Shown here in pieces: positions 9,327 through 19,297 of a DNA stretch of 64,000 bases; positions within the stretch are counted from its first letter, which is position 1; every line of letters starts with the position of its first letter. The notes beneath the pieces are model-generated. The model had not been told where the DNA came from. It saw only the letters and a program-made list of their open reading frames with translations, and did no database searches. Position numbers and translations under genes: made by a program. This DNA comes from Methanotrichaceae archaeon (lineage in GTDB: Archaea > Halobacteriota > Methanosarcinia > Methanotrichales > Methanotrichaceae). The stretch lies in the NCBI GenBank assembly GCA_963803145.1, contig CAWDLW010000015.1, forward strand, positions 288,001 to 352,000. Direction: 5' to 3'.

Positions 9327-9974
9327 TTAAAGCGAATCGCTCTTGCCGACGAGTCTTTCGAAGCACTCTTTGCAGACCACTTTCCCGCATGCAGTTCTGC
9401 CTTTTATCTCCATAAAGTTCTCGCCGCATTCTTCGCATTTGAGCGAAGGATATATTCTGGCCATTTCCGGAGCAGGAATATCCACTTCTTCTATCGATAG
9501 CAGATCCTTATCAGGTGCATTTAATATATACTGGAATAGCTGTTCTCTTAATCCTTCAAGCTCTTCTTGCTCTTCTTTCGTCAGCTGGCTTCTGGATAAC
9601 TTCTCCTGAAGCTGACCCATGCGCTTAGGGATCTCACCTTTAAAGTATATCCTCAGAGCTTTGTTATTTCCTCTGCTGTAAAAGGTGAAGGCCTGCTTTC
9701 CATAGTCTTTGAAGACAAGGTTACCCTTCCCAAAGGTACAGCTGAGCATCTGCTGAATGGCATCAACGCTACAGGAGTTATTATCAACAATTGCAACTAG
9801 CTCTTCGTCCTCGGCTTTACCGTAGTGTTCCTTAACATATTTAGCTACTCTATAACCGATCGCTAGTCCAATGCACTCATGTCCATGAAATTCTATAACC
9901 TTTCTGAGATCTTCATCCATATCAATCGCCGGATTAGATATCTCTAAGCCTGGCGATAAGTATGTTCTGATCAA
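9327..9974 (-). CDS. FmdE-family protein with C-terminal Zn finger
   Basis: FHGHEC, CSVDAIQ, CTFGKGNL, CEECGE..CKEC. Confidence 0.88.
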   Translation of the reverse strand: MIRTYLSPGLEISNPAIDMDEDLRKVIEFHGHECIGLAIGYRVAKYVKEHYGKAEDEELVAIVDNNSCSVDAIQQMLSCTFGKGNLVFKDYGKQAFTFYSRGNNKALRIYFKGEIPKRMGQLQEKLSRSQLTKEEQEELEGLREQLFQYILNAPDKDLLSIEEVDIPAPEMARIYPSLKCEECGENFMEIKGRTACGKVVCKECFERLVGKSDSL

Positions 9975-10331
9975 GTCCCCTTTTATTCAGAAGCTGAAGT
10001 ACATCTTCCGATCCACAGTTTTTTTCTTTTGTCTTGCTTTATAGAAAAGCGGCAAGACTGCCAATATATCCTCTGGATTCATGCTAACCCCCTGGGAGTC
10101 TTTGCTGATACTCCCGTTTGAATATAGCGCTAGGATTGAGGATATTAATATCCTCCTCATTGTTATCAATTTCTTGGATAACTGTAGCAGGCAAAACGGC
10201 ATCTAATGGGCCTTGAATCAGAAGTTCAAGAGGGAGAAAACTTGAAAAAAGTTGAAGAAAAAAGGAGGAAAATATTGCCATAGCATTTATTGCATGACAA
10301 GCTAAGAAATTAAAAATTTTGTTATAGTGCA

Positions 10332-10658
10332 CTAGTCCCCTTTGACTTTAATGGAGTTAATTTCGTGCCCTATAATAGTATACCTTTTTCCTCTTAAAGC
10401 ATCCTCGAGGCCATCAATGATTCTGCGATAATTGTTGGAGCCGACAACTGTATTTATCATGATGCCAGGCTCCGACTGATCTTTTATTGCATTTAGAGCC
10501 ATGTCTGGGTCCTCGCTGAGACGGAAATTCTTCCAGGCATTGGGGGCCATACCCCGATACTCTATTAGATAAAAGCCTGTTATCTCAAGTTCAGACAGCA
10601 TATTTATGACCTTAACAAGGTTGTCATGGTCTACGAAAATCTGGGCCATTATCTTCAT
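10332..10658 (-). CDS. MJ1244-family (PII-like) protein
   Basis: IFVD..VINML..ITGFYLIEYRGM pattern; start reassigned to ATG at 10658. Confidence 0.7.
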   Translation of the reverse strand: MKIMAQIFVDHDNLVKVINMLSELEITGFYLIEYRGMAPNAWKNFRLSEDPDMALNAIKDQSEPGIMINTVVGSNNYRRIIDGLEDALRGKRYTIIGHEINSIKVKGD

Positions 10659-11003
10659 GAAATACCCCAAAGCGGTTAATTCTATGGCATATCTTAAATA
10701 GCTTCCCAAGATCAGAAAATATTCTTTTATCCTACATGCATATTGGAGATCGCATGACAGAGGATAGATGGTTGCATCCAGCATCTATCTATTCTGCCTC
10801 TCTTTTCTTTGTGATACTAAAATATATATAACCTGTAGGATAGCGATCTCATTACCTAAGGCTATGTGAGTATATGAATATTATTATAAAAGCATCTTCA
10901 ATCCTCTTACCAAACATCTTTACGCTCTGAAAAGCCAGTAAGAGCGGCAAGAATTCGATAATTTCGGAAAGTATTTCAACACTAAATAACAATATAATGT
11001 GTT

Positions 11004-11213
11004 ATGGCCAAAGAAGAATATAAGCAATTTACCTGTAGTGATATAGGCATGGCATGTGGATTTCAGGTTCGTGCTAAGACTGAGGAGGAGGTCATGGAGC
11101 ATGCGAAGATGCATGCCTCAAAAGCCCATGGCATGAAGGAAATATCTCCGGATTTTGCAAAGAAGATCAAGGCCAGTATTAAATCAGTGCCGGTAGATAT
11201 ACCGAAGACCTAG
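11004..11213 (+). CDS. DUF1059 small metal-binding protein
   Basis: FTCSDIGMACGF..EEEVMEHAKMHASKAH. Confidence 0.88.
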   Translation: MAKEEYKQFTCSDIGMACGFQVRAKTEEEVMEHAKMHASKAHGMKEISPDFAKKIKASIKSVPVDIPKT

Positions 11214-11248
11214 GCAGAACCTCTTTAACCTTCCTTTTTTTATTGATG

Positions 11249-11632
11249 TTACCAAATCACTAAGTAGATTTTATCGCCTTCCTTCTTACCTTTCACTAGC
11301 TGACAGTGCCTGAGTATTGCGAACTCATTCTCCAGTTCCCTTGGGCTCAGCTTGAACTCATTTCCTATTTCTTCCCTGGTAGCCGTTCCTTTAGCTTTAA
11401 TGAACTCGTAGATGCCTTTCTGCAGATCAGTAAGGCCATCGGTTCCAGTAAGGCCATGGCTCTCTCTAAAGACCCGCTTTGATCTCTCTCCCCAGGGATC
11501 GCATACTCTGATCCTATGTCCTACTTCGATATAGCAATCCTCGCAGAGAGTCTGGCCTCCTGATGCGAAGACCTCCTCCTCAGGAACATCTTTGCCGCAG
11601 CTTTGGCATTTTATGTAATTGGGCATGCTCAA
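11249..11632 (-). CDS. Hypothetical Zn-finger + winged-helix protein
   Basis: CQSC..CEDC, CDPW, C-terminal HTH-like segment. Confidence 0.7.
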   Translation of the reverse strand: MSMPNYIKCQSCGKDVPEEEVFASGGQTLCEDCYIEVGHRIRVCDPWGERSKRVFRESHGLTGTDGLTDLQKGIYEFIKAKGTATREEIGNEFKLSPRELENEFAILRHCQLVKGKKEGDKIYLVIW

Positions 11633-11638
11633 TCTCTC

Positions 11639-11941
11639 CTAATCCTCAAGAAGCAATGAAGCAGCATTGAATCCAGAACCCATGCGTACTAATCCCGCTA
11701 CTGCAGCGGCTTCAAGGAGTTCATCTCTGCTGGCACCAGCAACTAAAGCGCGTTCTTTGTGCACCTTGACGCAAGTTTCACATTTAACTGCAACGGCACA
11801 CGCCAATGCAATGATGGCTTTATCTTTTGAGGAAAGCGCGCCATCTTTTAGAATCTCTAATGCCAATTTCTTAAAGGCAAGATCTACTTCCTCACCTAAC
11901 GCCTCTGCGAACTTATCTGCTCTGGGTTTTTGTCCTATCAT
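11639..11941 (-). CDS. Carboxymuconolactone decarboxylase/AhpD-family protein
   Basis: [26 protein letters not shown]. Confidence 0.9.
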   Translation of the reverse strand: MIGQKPRADKFAEALGEEVDLAFKKLALEILKDGALSSKDKAIIALACAVAVKCETCVKVHKERALVAGASRDELLEAAAVAGLVRMGSGFNAASLLLED

Positions 11942-12050
11942 TTCGAATTACCTCATAAAACTCAGATATCCTTATTTCAAGATACTAATAGCATCACACC
12001 ACGCCATGTTATGTAAGGTTAATAATAGTTGATATGGTTTACTTCTCCCT

Positions 12051-12491
12051 TCACGACCTTTCATGAGGTACTATCAGAACTGGCGCCTTAGAGTATCGAA
12101 CTACTTTTTCTGCTACGCTTCCGAGAAGTGCACTCGTAAGTCCGCTTTTTCCAATGCTACCGATTACCAGCAGGCCAACACCGTGTTCCTGTGATATCCT
12201 GACCAGTTCCGTGCCAGGATCGCCCTCTACTATAACCCCCTCGCAAGAGACTCCCTCGGTCTTGGCTATCTCACTGATATCTTTTATTGCTTTTTCCCCT
12301 TCCTGCTGCAAGCATTTTCGTATTCCATCTGAAAATTCTCCGCAGTTGGATAGATAAGCCAGCCGGATAACATCCGCTACATAGACTCCGATAACCTTGC
12401 TACCGGAGAGTTTCGCAATCTCTATGCCCGAGATTGCTGCATTCAGGCTCGTATCAGATCCATCAGTTGCAACTATTATCTTCTCAAACAT
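12051..12491 (-). CDS. Universal stress protein
   Basis: IIVATDGS..LLGSVAEKVVRYSKAPVLIV. Confidence 0.93.
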   Translation of the reverse strand: MFEKIIVATDGSDTSLNAAISGIEIAKLSGSKVIGVYVADVIRLAYLSNCGEFSDGIRKCLQQEGEKAIKDISEIAKTEGVSCEGVIVEGDPGTELVRISQEHGVGLLVIGSIGKSGLTSALLGSVAEKVVRYSKAPVLIVPHERS

Positions 12492-12823
12492 GAAATTGAG
12501 TATGATATATTACAACAGAGTTATATAGGCATATCCATGCAGATATGCTAGATTCTCATTACTCCTATAGCGTCAATCCTTGACTGTTGCTTTCTATTTA
12601 CTTTGTGCCCCTGTCTTTGAAATAGTCTAACAACGATTTGAATTTACAGCAGATCTCTTTTTGAAAGGCTTGTAGTCTGAAAACTTCTGCATCGTCGGAA
12701 AGACTAGAGAGCAGCCTGCCAGCATCGCCCTATGTGGTAAATGCGGGCTGATCCACTATGAGAAAATAGATAAAATCAAAGAGTTCTAGCTTAGTCGCTT
12801 CTGATTTCAACTTTTTGGGATTA

Positions 12824-14008
12824 TCATTTTATCGATGTTTCCGCACTGAACAAGCGTAAAGACTTATCGTAAACATCTTCCGTCCTCTCAGCAATCTTAT
12901 CCCATCTGAACTCTGCTTCGACCCTTTGTTGTCCAGCCTTGCCTAGCTTATTCATCTCTGAAGGATTATCTAAAAGTCGGTTTATGCACCACGCGATAGA
13001 TTCGGGCTGAATATAAGCCAACAGACCATCTTCGAAGTTCCTTATAATGCTGATCGCCTCGGTTGCTACAACAGGTTTGCCCGCATCCCAAGCCTCTAAG
13101 ATTATGACCCCAAAAGGCTCGTTCCTGCTGGGGACGCAGACAAGATCGCATGCGCTTATCAACGTCTCTTTCTGTGGACCTGGCACGTATCCCAAAAACT
13201 TGCATGCCTCTTGTATACCGATGCTTCTGGCCCGATGCTCACATTCGGCCTTCATATCGCCTTCGCCCATGAAGATGAAATTTGCATTATTATGTTTGCG
13301 AAGCACTAGTGGTATAGCTTCAACTAGGAGATCGGGGCCCTTCTGGTAGCTTATCCTTCCGCAAAAGAGCACTAATGGATCAAGCGGATCTATGCTATAC
13401 TTCTTCTTAACCATTCCAGGATCTGGATATCTATTCGCCTCTTTTCTCGCGATGCCATTTGGTATAATGTTTATCTTGCTTTCAGGAATAGAGTAGATCT
13501 TCTGAATCTCATCCAGCATCTGCTTTGTAGTAACGATAATCTGCGATGATTCATAACCTCCAAGCCATTCCCTGTGAGAGATCTCCTTAGACGCGCTCGA
13601 ATTGCCAAAGTTATTGCCGTTTCTACCCCAATCGGTGCTATGTATGGTAAATGCATAAGGAATGTTATGCTCGAACTTTATGCGATTGGCTGCTAACACT
13701 GGGTGCCAGTCGTGAGCGTGGATTACATCGAATCTGCCAAAGATCTTCTGAACTCTTTCAAAGCGATCAAAGATGGCCTCGCACATCCCGTTCATTTGGG
13801 ATATGACATCTCCTGTGCTATCCGAATCAACTCTCTGGTAGTGAACCTCATTTATCTTATCATAAGCATCAAAGTCGCCATTGCGGGTAAATACGTGTAC
13901 CTCATGGCCCTTGCTGGCTAGCGCCTCAGAAAGTTGAGATACATGGGGCGCTATGCCGCCCACTTTTATAGAGTACAGACTCTCCCAGGAGAGCATTCCT
14001 ATGCGCAT
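12824..14008 (-). CDS. Glycosyltransferase family 4 protein
   Basis: MRIGMLSWE, HAHDW, PSRNEPFGVIILEAW. Confidence 0.9.
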   Translation of the reverse strand: MRIGMLSWESLYSIKVGGIAPHVSQLSEALASKGHEVHVFTRNGDFDAYDKINEVHYQRVDSDSTGDVISQMNGMCEAIFDRFERVQKIFGRFDVIHAHDWHPVLAANRIKFEHNIPYAFTIHSTDWGRNGNNFGNSSASKEISHREWLGGYESSQIIVTTKQMLDEIQKIYSIPESKINIIPNGIARKEANRYPDPGMVKKKYSIDPLDPLVLFCGRISYQKGPDLLVEAIPLVLRKHNNANFIFMGEGDMKAECEHRARSIGIQEACKFLGYVPGPQKETLISACDLVCVPSRNEPFGVIILEAWDAGKPVVATEAISIIRNFEDGLLAYIQPESIAWCINRLLDNPSEMNKLGKAGQQRVEAEFRWDKIAERTEDVYDKSLRLFSAETSIK

Positions 14009-14129
14009 CTCTTCACCTGCTAATTCCACTCAGCGTTTATTATGTCATTTACGTCTATTTAAGGCATCTATGAAAATTCATGTTAAATCGAAAAGGATCC
14101 CCTAAATGGTACATGCGTTTTGGATTGCT

Positions 14130-14143
14130 AAAAAAAGAGAAAA
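14130..14143 (-). terminator. Oligo-U terminator of the mcr operon
   Basis: TTTTCTCTTTTTTT on the minus strand about 20 nt after the mcrA stop. Confidence 0.6.
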
Positions 14144-14163
14144 TTGGGTGTAGGCCTTGCGGC

Positions 14164-15876
14164 TTACACTGCTGGCATGACCAGGGATCTCTCGCCTGCA
14201 GCGCGGAACTCGCGTGCACCGCCCTTGCCGAAGCCACCGCGGACATCGTCCCAGGTAAATACCATTCCTGGGTTGGCGAATGTTACCTTGATCAATGGGT
14301 TGATGGCGAACGCATCCATGCGGCCAGCGTGAGCAGCAGATGATATGCCTGCATACTCGCCCTGGTGGCCCACGTTCATCGCGTAGTTCGGATAGTTGGC
14401 GCCCCTCAGCTCCAGTGGGTTGCCCTCGTCGGACTGATAGGAGAACACGTTTGTTGGACCGCACTGATCCTGCAGGTCGTATCCGAAGAAGCCCAGTCTG
14501 CCCCAGCCTTCCTTGTGCAGGAGCATGCTGAGATACCAGGCAGCGAGTCCAACCTGGCTGTGTCCGGAGGCGATTGCGCCAGTGATACCGGAGGCAGCGG
14601 CCAGGACGGAAGCCCTCTGGGATCCGCCGAAGTGATCCTCGAGCAGTGTCGGATATGACTCATACTGCTCCATGCCGTAGAGAGTGACCTCAGTGCCCAG
14701 CTCCTTGGCTATATCCAGGGTCTTGGGTGCCTTGGCGAATCCGCCGAACTTATCGTTGGCGAAGTCTACGCCGTAGTAGCAGAAGTCGTCCAGGACGTCA
14801 TTGGTGTAGGCTGCTGTTGCGTACTGTGTGAATCCGACACCGCCGGACATGTAGCTTCCGAGCCATATCTGGTCATAGAGCATAGCGCCAGCGGCGACTA
14901 CGTTCAGGGAGACCTTGACTGGGTCCTGTGGGTTTGTCCTGGATGTCTGGACCATGTCTGCCAGGAATCCGAAGGATATACCGCCGGGGTTGTTGGGTCC
15001 GCGGGCCCTTCTGGCGGGCAGCATCTCTGACATCTGCAGAACTGCAGCGTGCTTGGCAGCGAATGCCAGGTCAGCTACAGCGGCCTCACCGGCGCACATG
15101 TTGTATGCATCGATGAAGGTCATGCCGAGCTGCATGGCGCTCCACCTTGATGTGGTGCCGCCGTCGCAGGATCTGACTACGATAGTTGGGATGTGGATTG
15201 CCTGCCATGTGGTCTTGCCGATGGCTGCCTTGAGCGCCTCTGCCTGATCGGCTGGGAATGCCTTGTTGATGTTGATTACATACTGAGAATCGATCTCATC
15301 AGCCAGGGCATCGTCGCCTGTGAATACACGGACGTTGCAGTCATCTACCAGGCCGGGGTGAGTCTCGCACATGTGCTCCTGAACCACGGCTGCGCCGGGC
15401 ATGGCGTGGTTGAGGATCTCGAGATAGTTGTTGATGGTCTCGGGTGTGACCTCTTTGCCGAGCCTCTTCTCCAGAACCTCGTGGGCCAGATCCAGGCCTA
15501 CGATTATGGTCCTGCGAACATCGTCCCACATCTGCTGCATTGCAGGGTTGTTGACGAAGTGCAGGTCATCGCCCTCTACTACATACTCAGTTCCTGAGAG
15601 CTTGTAGGGGACGAGCTGCCTCTGACCCAGGGGTATTCCGCCTGCGTGTACATAGGGATTATAGAATGAGACGCCACGCTTGCCCTCAAGCTTCTTGGAG
15701 AACTCCATGAACTCTCTCTTACGGGGGCTCTGATCGGGGCCGAGCCTCAGGTATCCGGTCTTCTGGTCCTGGAGGTTCTCTTCCATTATCCCTGCAGTAG
15801 CGAGCAGCTTCTTCTCGGCTGCAAACTTCTTATCGAGAGCCTTTATGAATAGCTTCTTGCTGTGTAACTTTGCCAT
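14164..15876 (-). CDS. mcrA: Methyl-coenzyme M reductase alpha subunit
   Basis: [54 protein letters not shown]. Confidence 0.99.
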   Translation of the reverse strand: MAKLHSKKLFIKALDKKFAAEKKLLATAGIMEENLQDQKTGYLRLGPDQSPRKREFMEFSKKLEGKRGVSFYNPYVHAGGIPLGQRQLVPYKLSGTEYVVEGDDLHFVNNPAMQQMWDDVRRTIIVGLDLAHEVLEKRLGKEVTPETINNYLEILNHAMPGAAVVQEHMCETHPGLVDDCNVRVFTGDDALADEIDSQYVININKAFPADQAEALKAAIGKTTWQAIHIPTIVVRSCDGGTTSRWSAMQLGMTFIDAYNMCAGEAAVADLAFAAKHAAVLQMSEMLPARRARGPNNPGGISFGFLADMVQTSRTNPQDPVKVSLNVVAAGAMLYDQIWLGSYMSGGVGFTQYATAAYTNDVLDDFCYYGVDFANDKFGGFAKAPKTLDIAKELGTEVTLYGMEQYESYPTLLEDHFGGSQRASVLAAASGITGAIASGHSQVGLAAWYLSMLLHKEGWGRLGFFGYDLQDQCGPTNVFSYQSDEGNPLELRGANYPNYAMNVGHQGEYAGISSAAHAGRMDAFAINPLIKVTFANPGMVFTWDDVRGGFGKGGAREFRAAGERSLVMPAV

Positions 15877-15893
15877 TTTATATCACCCACCTT

Positions 15894-16649
15894 TTACTCT
15901 GGCCTGAATCCCCACTTGCTGCGCAGCTCCCACATATGATGTAGGGCGGTGATGGTTTCACCGTTCTGCTCTTTTCTGAGGTTGACGCCGTCAACTCTGA
16001 ATATGGTGGTTCTCTTCTTGGCCTCAGACTCGCTCATGGGCTTGCCAATATTGATCTTTCTGTCCAGTGGGATTCCGACCTGGTCCTTGACCTGGTAGAC
16101 GTTTCCGTCCTTGCCCATCTCAGTCCTGGCCAGCATATCGAACATCATGCCGTTCTCTTCCAACCTCAGGGAGTGGCCATGCACAGTGCAGCCTCTCATG
16201 GAAGAGAGAGCGACATCAGTCATCTCGCTGTCCAGCTGCTTCTTGGTGTATGCCTCGATATCCCTCTCCCTGGCCTCGATGATCTGTCTTCCGGACAGAG
16301 TGCCTGGGTCGCATCCCTTGCAGTTGATGGCTCCCCAATAGGATCTCCAGTAGGGGATTGAGGGTGCGAAGTAGTATGAATCGGCAAACTGGGAGTACCT
16401 TACACGGTCACCAGCTGCTGCACCGGGTGTTGGGGTTACGATCTGTCTTACTGGGCAGTCGGGCTCGCCCATCTCCTTGAGTGGTGGATGGGTGCTTGGA
16501 TAATCGGCACCTGGCGCCCTGTGGCCCATTGTTGTTACTACATCAGCCTCGGGAATATCTCTGAGCTTCTCGAGGTTGCCGGACATGTGCTTCCTCCTGT
16601 TAATGCCAACAGAGGTGCTTCCGGGATAATATTGTGGTGTGTATGCCAT
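15894..16649 (-). CDS. mcrG: Methyl-coenzyme M reductase gamma subunit
   Basis: PQYYPG, DPGTLSGRQIIEARERD, VHGHSLRL. Confidence 0.99.
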   Translation of the reverse strand: MAYTPQYYPGSTSVGINRRKHMSGNLEKLRDIPEADVVTTMGHRAPGADYPSTHPPLKEMGEPDCPVRQIVTPTPGAAAGDRVRYSQFADSYYFAPSIPYWRSYWGAINCKGCDPGTLSGRQIIEARERDIEAYTKKQLDSEMTDVALSSMRGCTVHGHSLRLEENGMMFDMLARTEMGKDGNVYQVKDQVGIPLDRKINIGKPMSESEAKKRTTIFRVDGVNLRKEQNGETITALHHMWELRSKWGFRPE

Positions 16650-16652
16650 ATT

Positions 16653-17174
16653 TTATCTCTCCTCATCATTGTCGTCAATAGTCACATGTTCTTCAGACAG
16701 AATTGAAAGCCTATCCTTCTTAGCCTTCGGATCGGTCAGCCCTAAAATCCTCTTGTCTTCGACTTTGCTTCCGTACTTGGCATAGTCGGAGACTGTCAGC
16801 CGGTCATGGAAGAATTTGCCTATTTTGATCTGGCAGGAGAATGGCAGCGCTCGCTCACACGCCGCCTTTAAACCCTCTAGGTATTCCTCGCTCTCCAGCT
16901 CGAGCCTTATTCTTCCTACCTTTACTTTCAGCTCAAATGCCTGATCTCCGATCTGGATGAGGATGTCTCTGTTCTCCTCTATGGGAGAACCCTTGCCCGG
17001 GCCGTAGGGAACCGACCTGGGCATATTGGGACCATGTATAGTGATCCTCAAGACACCCCCATTCTTATAGATCTCGTTGAGAAGGCGCTGAGCCGATTCA
17101 GGCATCAAGAACCTGCTGGGGAATATCTCAACCTGGACTGATTTCGTGTCTGATTCAGTGACCATGTCCGTCAA
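16653..17174 (-). CDS. mcrD: MCR operon protein D
   Basis: EIFPSRFL, HGPNMP..VPYGP, TVSDYAKYG; lies between mcrB and mcrG. Confidence 0.96.
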   Translation of the reverse strand: MTDMVTESDTKSVQVEIFPSRFLMPESAQRLLNEIYKNGGVLRITIHGPNMPRSVPYGPGKGSPIEENRDILIQIGDQAFELKVKVGRIRLELESEEYLEGLKAACERALPFSCQIKIGKFFHDRLTVSDYAKYGSKVEDKRILGLTDPKAKKDRLSILSEEHVTIDDNDEER

Positions 17175-17177
17175 GTC

Positions 17178-18482
17178 TTATACAGCCTCCGCAACCGATA
17201 CGATCGGCTCACGGAACTCCTTAATCTCACCGTATATGGCACCGACCAGTCCAGATGTCATCTCAGGTGTAAACATCTGGGTTCCGGCGTCAAGAGCTAC
17301 TGCAGCAGCCACACAGGGGATAGCAAATCCTCTGGAGTGCCTTGTTACAACGTGGTTGCCGTTGAAGACTCCGGGCCCGCCGCCGCCATAGATGGAGTGG
17401 CTGAAGAACGAGAATCCGACAGCAGTACCCATGACCCTTCCGAAGTCGCATCCGGGCAGGGCTGTCTCCTTCTCAATTAGATCGTTGAAGTACAGCAGTG
17501 TCGAGGACACAGCCTGGGCACCCCTCAGGGAGCCGCAGTTGACCATTGTGGCAGCCAGTACGCCAGCGGCGCAGTAGGCGTTCCACTTGGATACATCGTT
17601 GGCCTCATACATGACATATCCCGATGGGAGCTTCTTTCCGGCCTTGATGACCTTGTCCTCAATGGCCTTGCCGACTGTGCTCTGAACGACTGTGCCTATT
17701 GTTCCGGTCTTGCCGTTGGCCTTGACGCACTCATAGACCATGTTATCGGCGTTCAGGCCCTGGTATGCCATGCCCAGGAGCTGGTGCCTCTCGAATATTC
17801 CAAAGGCATTGCCCATCTCGAACTCGCCGATCTGCTCATATATTGAGGCTAGAGCGGCTGCATTCATGGCGTTCCTCTTTGTGATTGCTGCAAGGTGGTT
17901 TGCCATGACGTTCCTTAGAGCGAAGCCCAGACCCTCGTCGTTCTGGGGGATGTTGAGAACAGATGCGACGTTTCCGCCGGCCATTCCTACTGTCTGTGGA
18001 TACTCGCCCCAGACTGAAGCATGTACCATTGGTGCATCGATCATGTTTGTCTTGAACTGCGAAACGATTGCCTCGACTGTGGCTGCGGCTGCACCGGTTA
18101 ATCCTACGACGAACTCAGAGGCTGCATTCACACGGGCAGTTGGGACCTGGACGAGCAGCTGCTTTCCGCCACCAAGTACTCGGACGGCGGTGTCGTCGCC
18201 TGAAGAAACCTGCAAAAGCCCCTTTATCTTTTCTGCGAGAACATTAGCGTTCGCAACTACATCATAATTAAGCTCACGACCCTTGATCTGCCTGCGTCCT
18301 CCTGCTACCTTTCCCGTCTTCAGGGCGCCTTCAATCCCAGCCAGATTGACTGCGACTGTTCGCTTAGTAAGGGAAATGAGTCTCTGCATGGCAGCGTTCT
18401 TAAGTGGGCTGACGGCGCTTAGATCGACGTCGCTCTTTATAAGAACTCCGCGGTCGCTATATAGGTCTATCTTGTCAGACAC
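17178..18482 (-). CDS. mcrB: Methyl-coenzyme M reductase beta subunit
   Basis: SDKIDLY, GFSFFSHSIYGGGGPGVFNGNHVVTRHS; GTG start with GGAGG RBS. Confidence 0.99.
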   Translation of the reverse strand: MSDKIDLYSDRGVLIKSDVDLSAVSPLKNAAMQRLISLTKRTVAVNLAGIEGALKTGKVAGGRRQIKGRELNYDVVANANVLAEKIKGLLQVSSGDDTAVRVLGGGKQLLVQVPTARVNAASEFVVGLTGAAAATVEAIVSQFKTNMIDAPMVHASVWGEYPQTVGMAGGNVASVLNIPQNDEGLGFALRNVMANHLAAITKRNAMNAAALASIYEQIGEFEMGNAFGIFERHQLLGMAYQGLNADNMVYECVKANGKTGTIGTVVQSTVGKAIEDKVIKAGKKLPSGYVMYEANDVSKWNAYCAAGVLAATMVNCGSLRGAQAVSSTLLYFNDLIEKETALPGCDFGRVMGTAVGFSFFSHSIYGGGGPGVFNGNHVVTRHSRGFAIPCVAAAVALDAGTQMFTPEMTSGLVGAIYGEIKEFREPIVSVAEAV

Positions 18483-18633
18483 GTTCTTTATCCTCCTTTA
18501 CCTTTTTAGCTGAAGAAATGTAACTACGTCATATGCCGAAGCGACGATAAGAAAGACTCCGCTAGGGAATATCTTATCCAGCATATTCACAGTCCGTTAC
18601 AGTCTCCTGCCGCGTTCTTTACTGTCTCATAGC

Positions 18634-18650
18634 TACTTAAACTTTTTGCG
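18634..18650 (-). promoter_or_regulatory. Candidate BRE-TATA promoter of mcrBDGA
   Basis: CGCAAAAAG-TTTAAGTA on the minus strand about 150 nt upstream of mcrB, within an AT-rich 800-bp divergent intergenic region. Confidence 0.6.
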
Positions 18651-19297
18651 TGATTAAATTATAACAATCAAAATTATATCAATCTGTACTCATTGTGAGG
18701 ATTTTATAGGGCGAATTTTTAATATAAACTTTATTGTAACAAATGCTCATAATATCGCTATCTGTCGGCACCTTGGTTTTAATATAGTAATGCGATCTGG
18801 AAACGTTAATACGATTTTATTAAATAATATGTTGACGGATAAGGATCTTTTAAAAAAGGAGTTTTATTGCAGGAAGTTGATAGAATGAAATGTCCTTAAA
18901 AAAAAGTTTGTTATCATGTCGATATTGTCTAATCAAACAGAGTTTTAGGCCGAATGTACAAAACCTGCTACCATGCATGATTTCAGTATTGTATCAAGAA
19001 ATATCACAATTAAAAATTGTTGATTAATCATGTTGATTGCCTGTTTTATAAAACCAATCGAATAGCTAGAATATTTTATATCCTCGTATGTGCTATTAAG
19101 TATGTATGCGCGATGAAATATCCTTGGCTGCCAGTGATAGACACCTAAATCGACCTGAAATCACTCTGAACTCAAGAGCACTTCTTTCCCTAATTGGCTA
19201 TTAAGATTAAAATATAGAATGCTGAAGATATGAAACGCTGCCGCCTACGCATGTTTTCCGAAAAACTTATATCGACCATAAGAGTTGGCTGAGAAGA

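Noticed and set aside
14164-18482. Alkyl-CoM reductase (divergent MCR)
   Set aside because: Active-site motifs ([24 protein letters not shown]) are canonical
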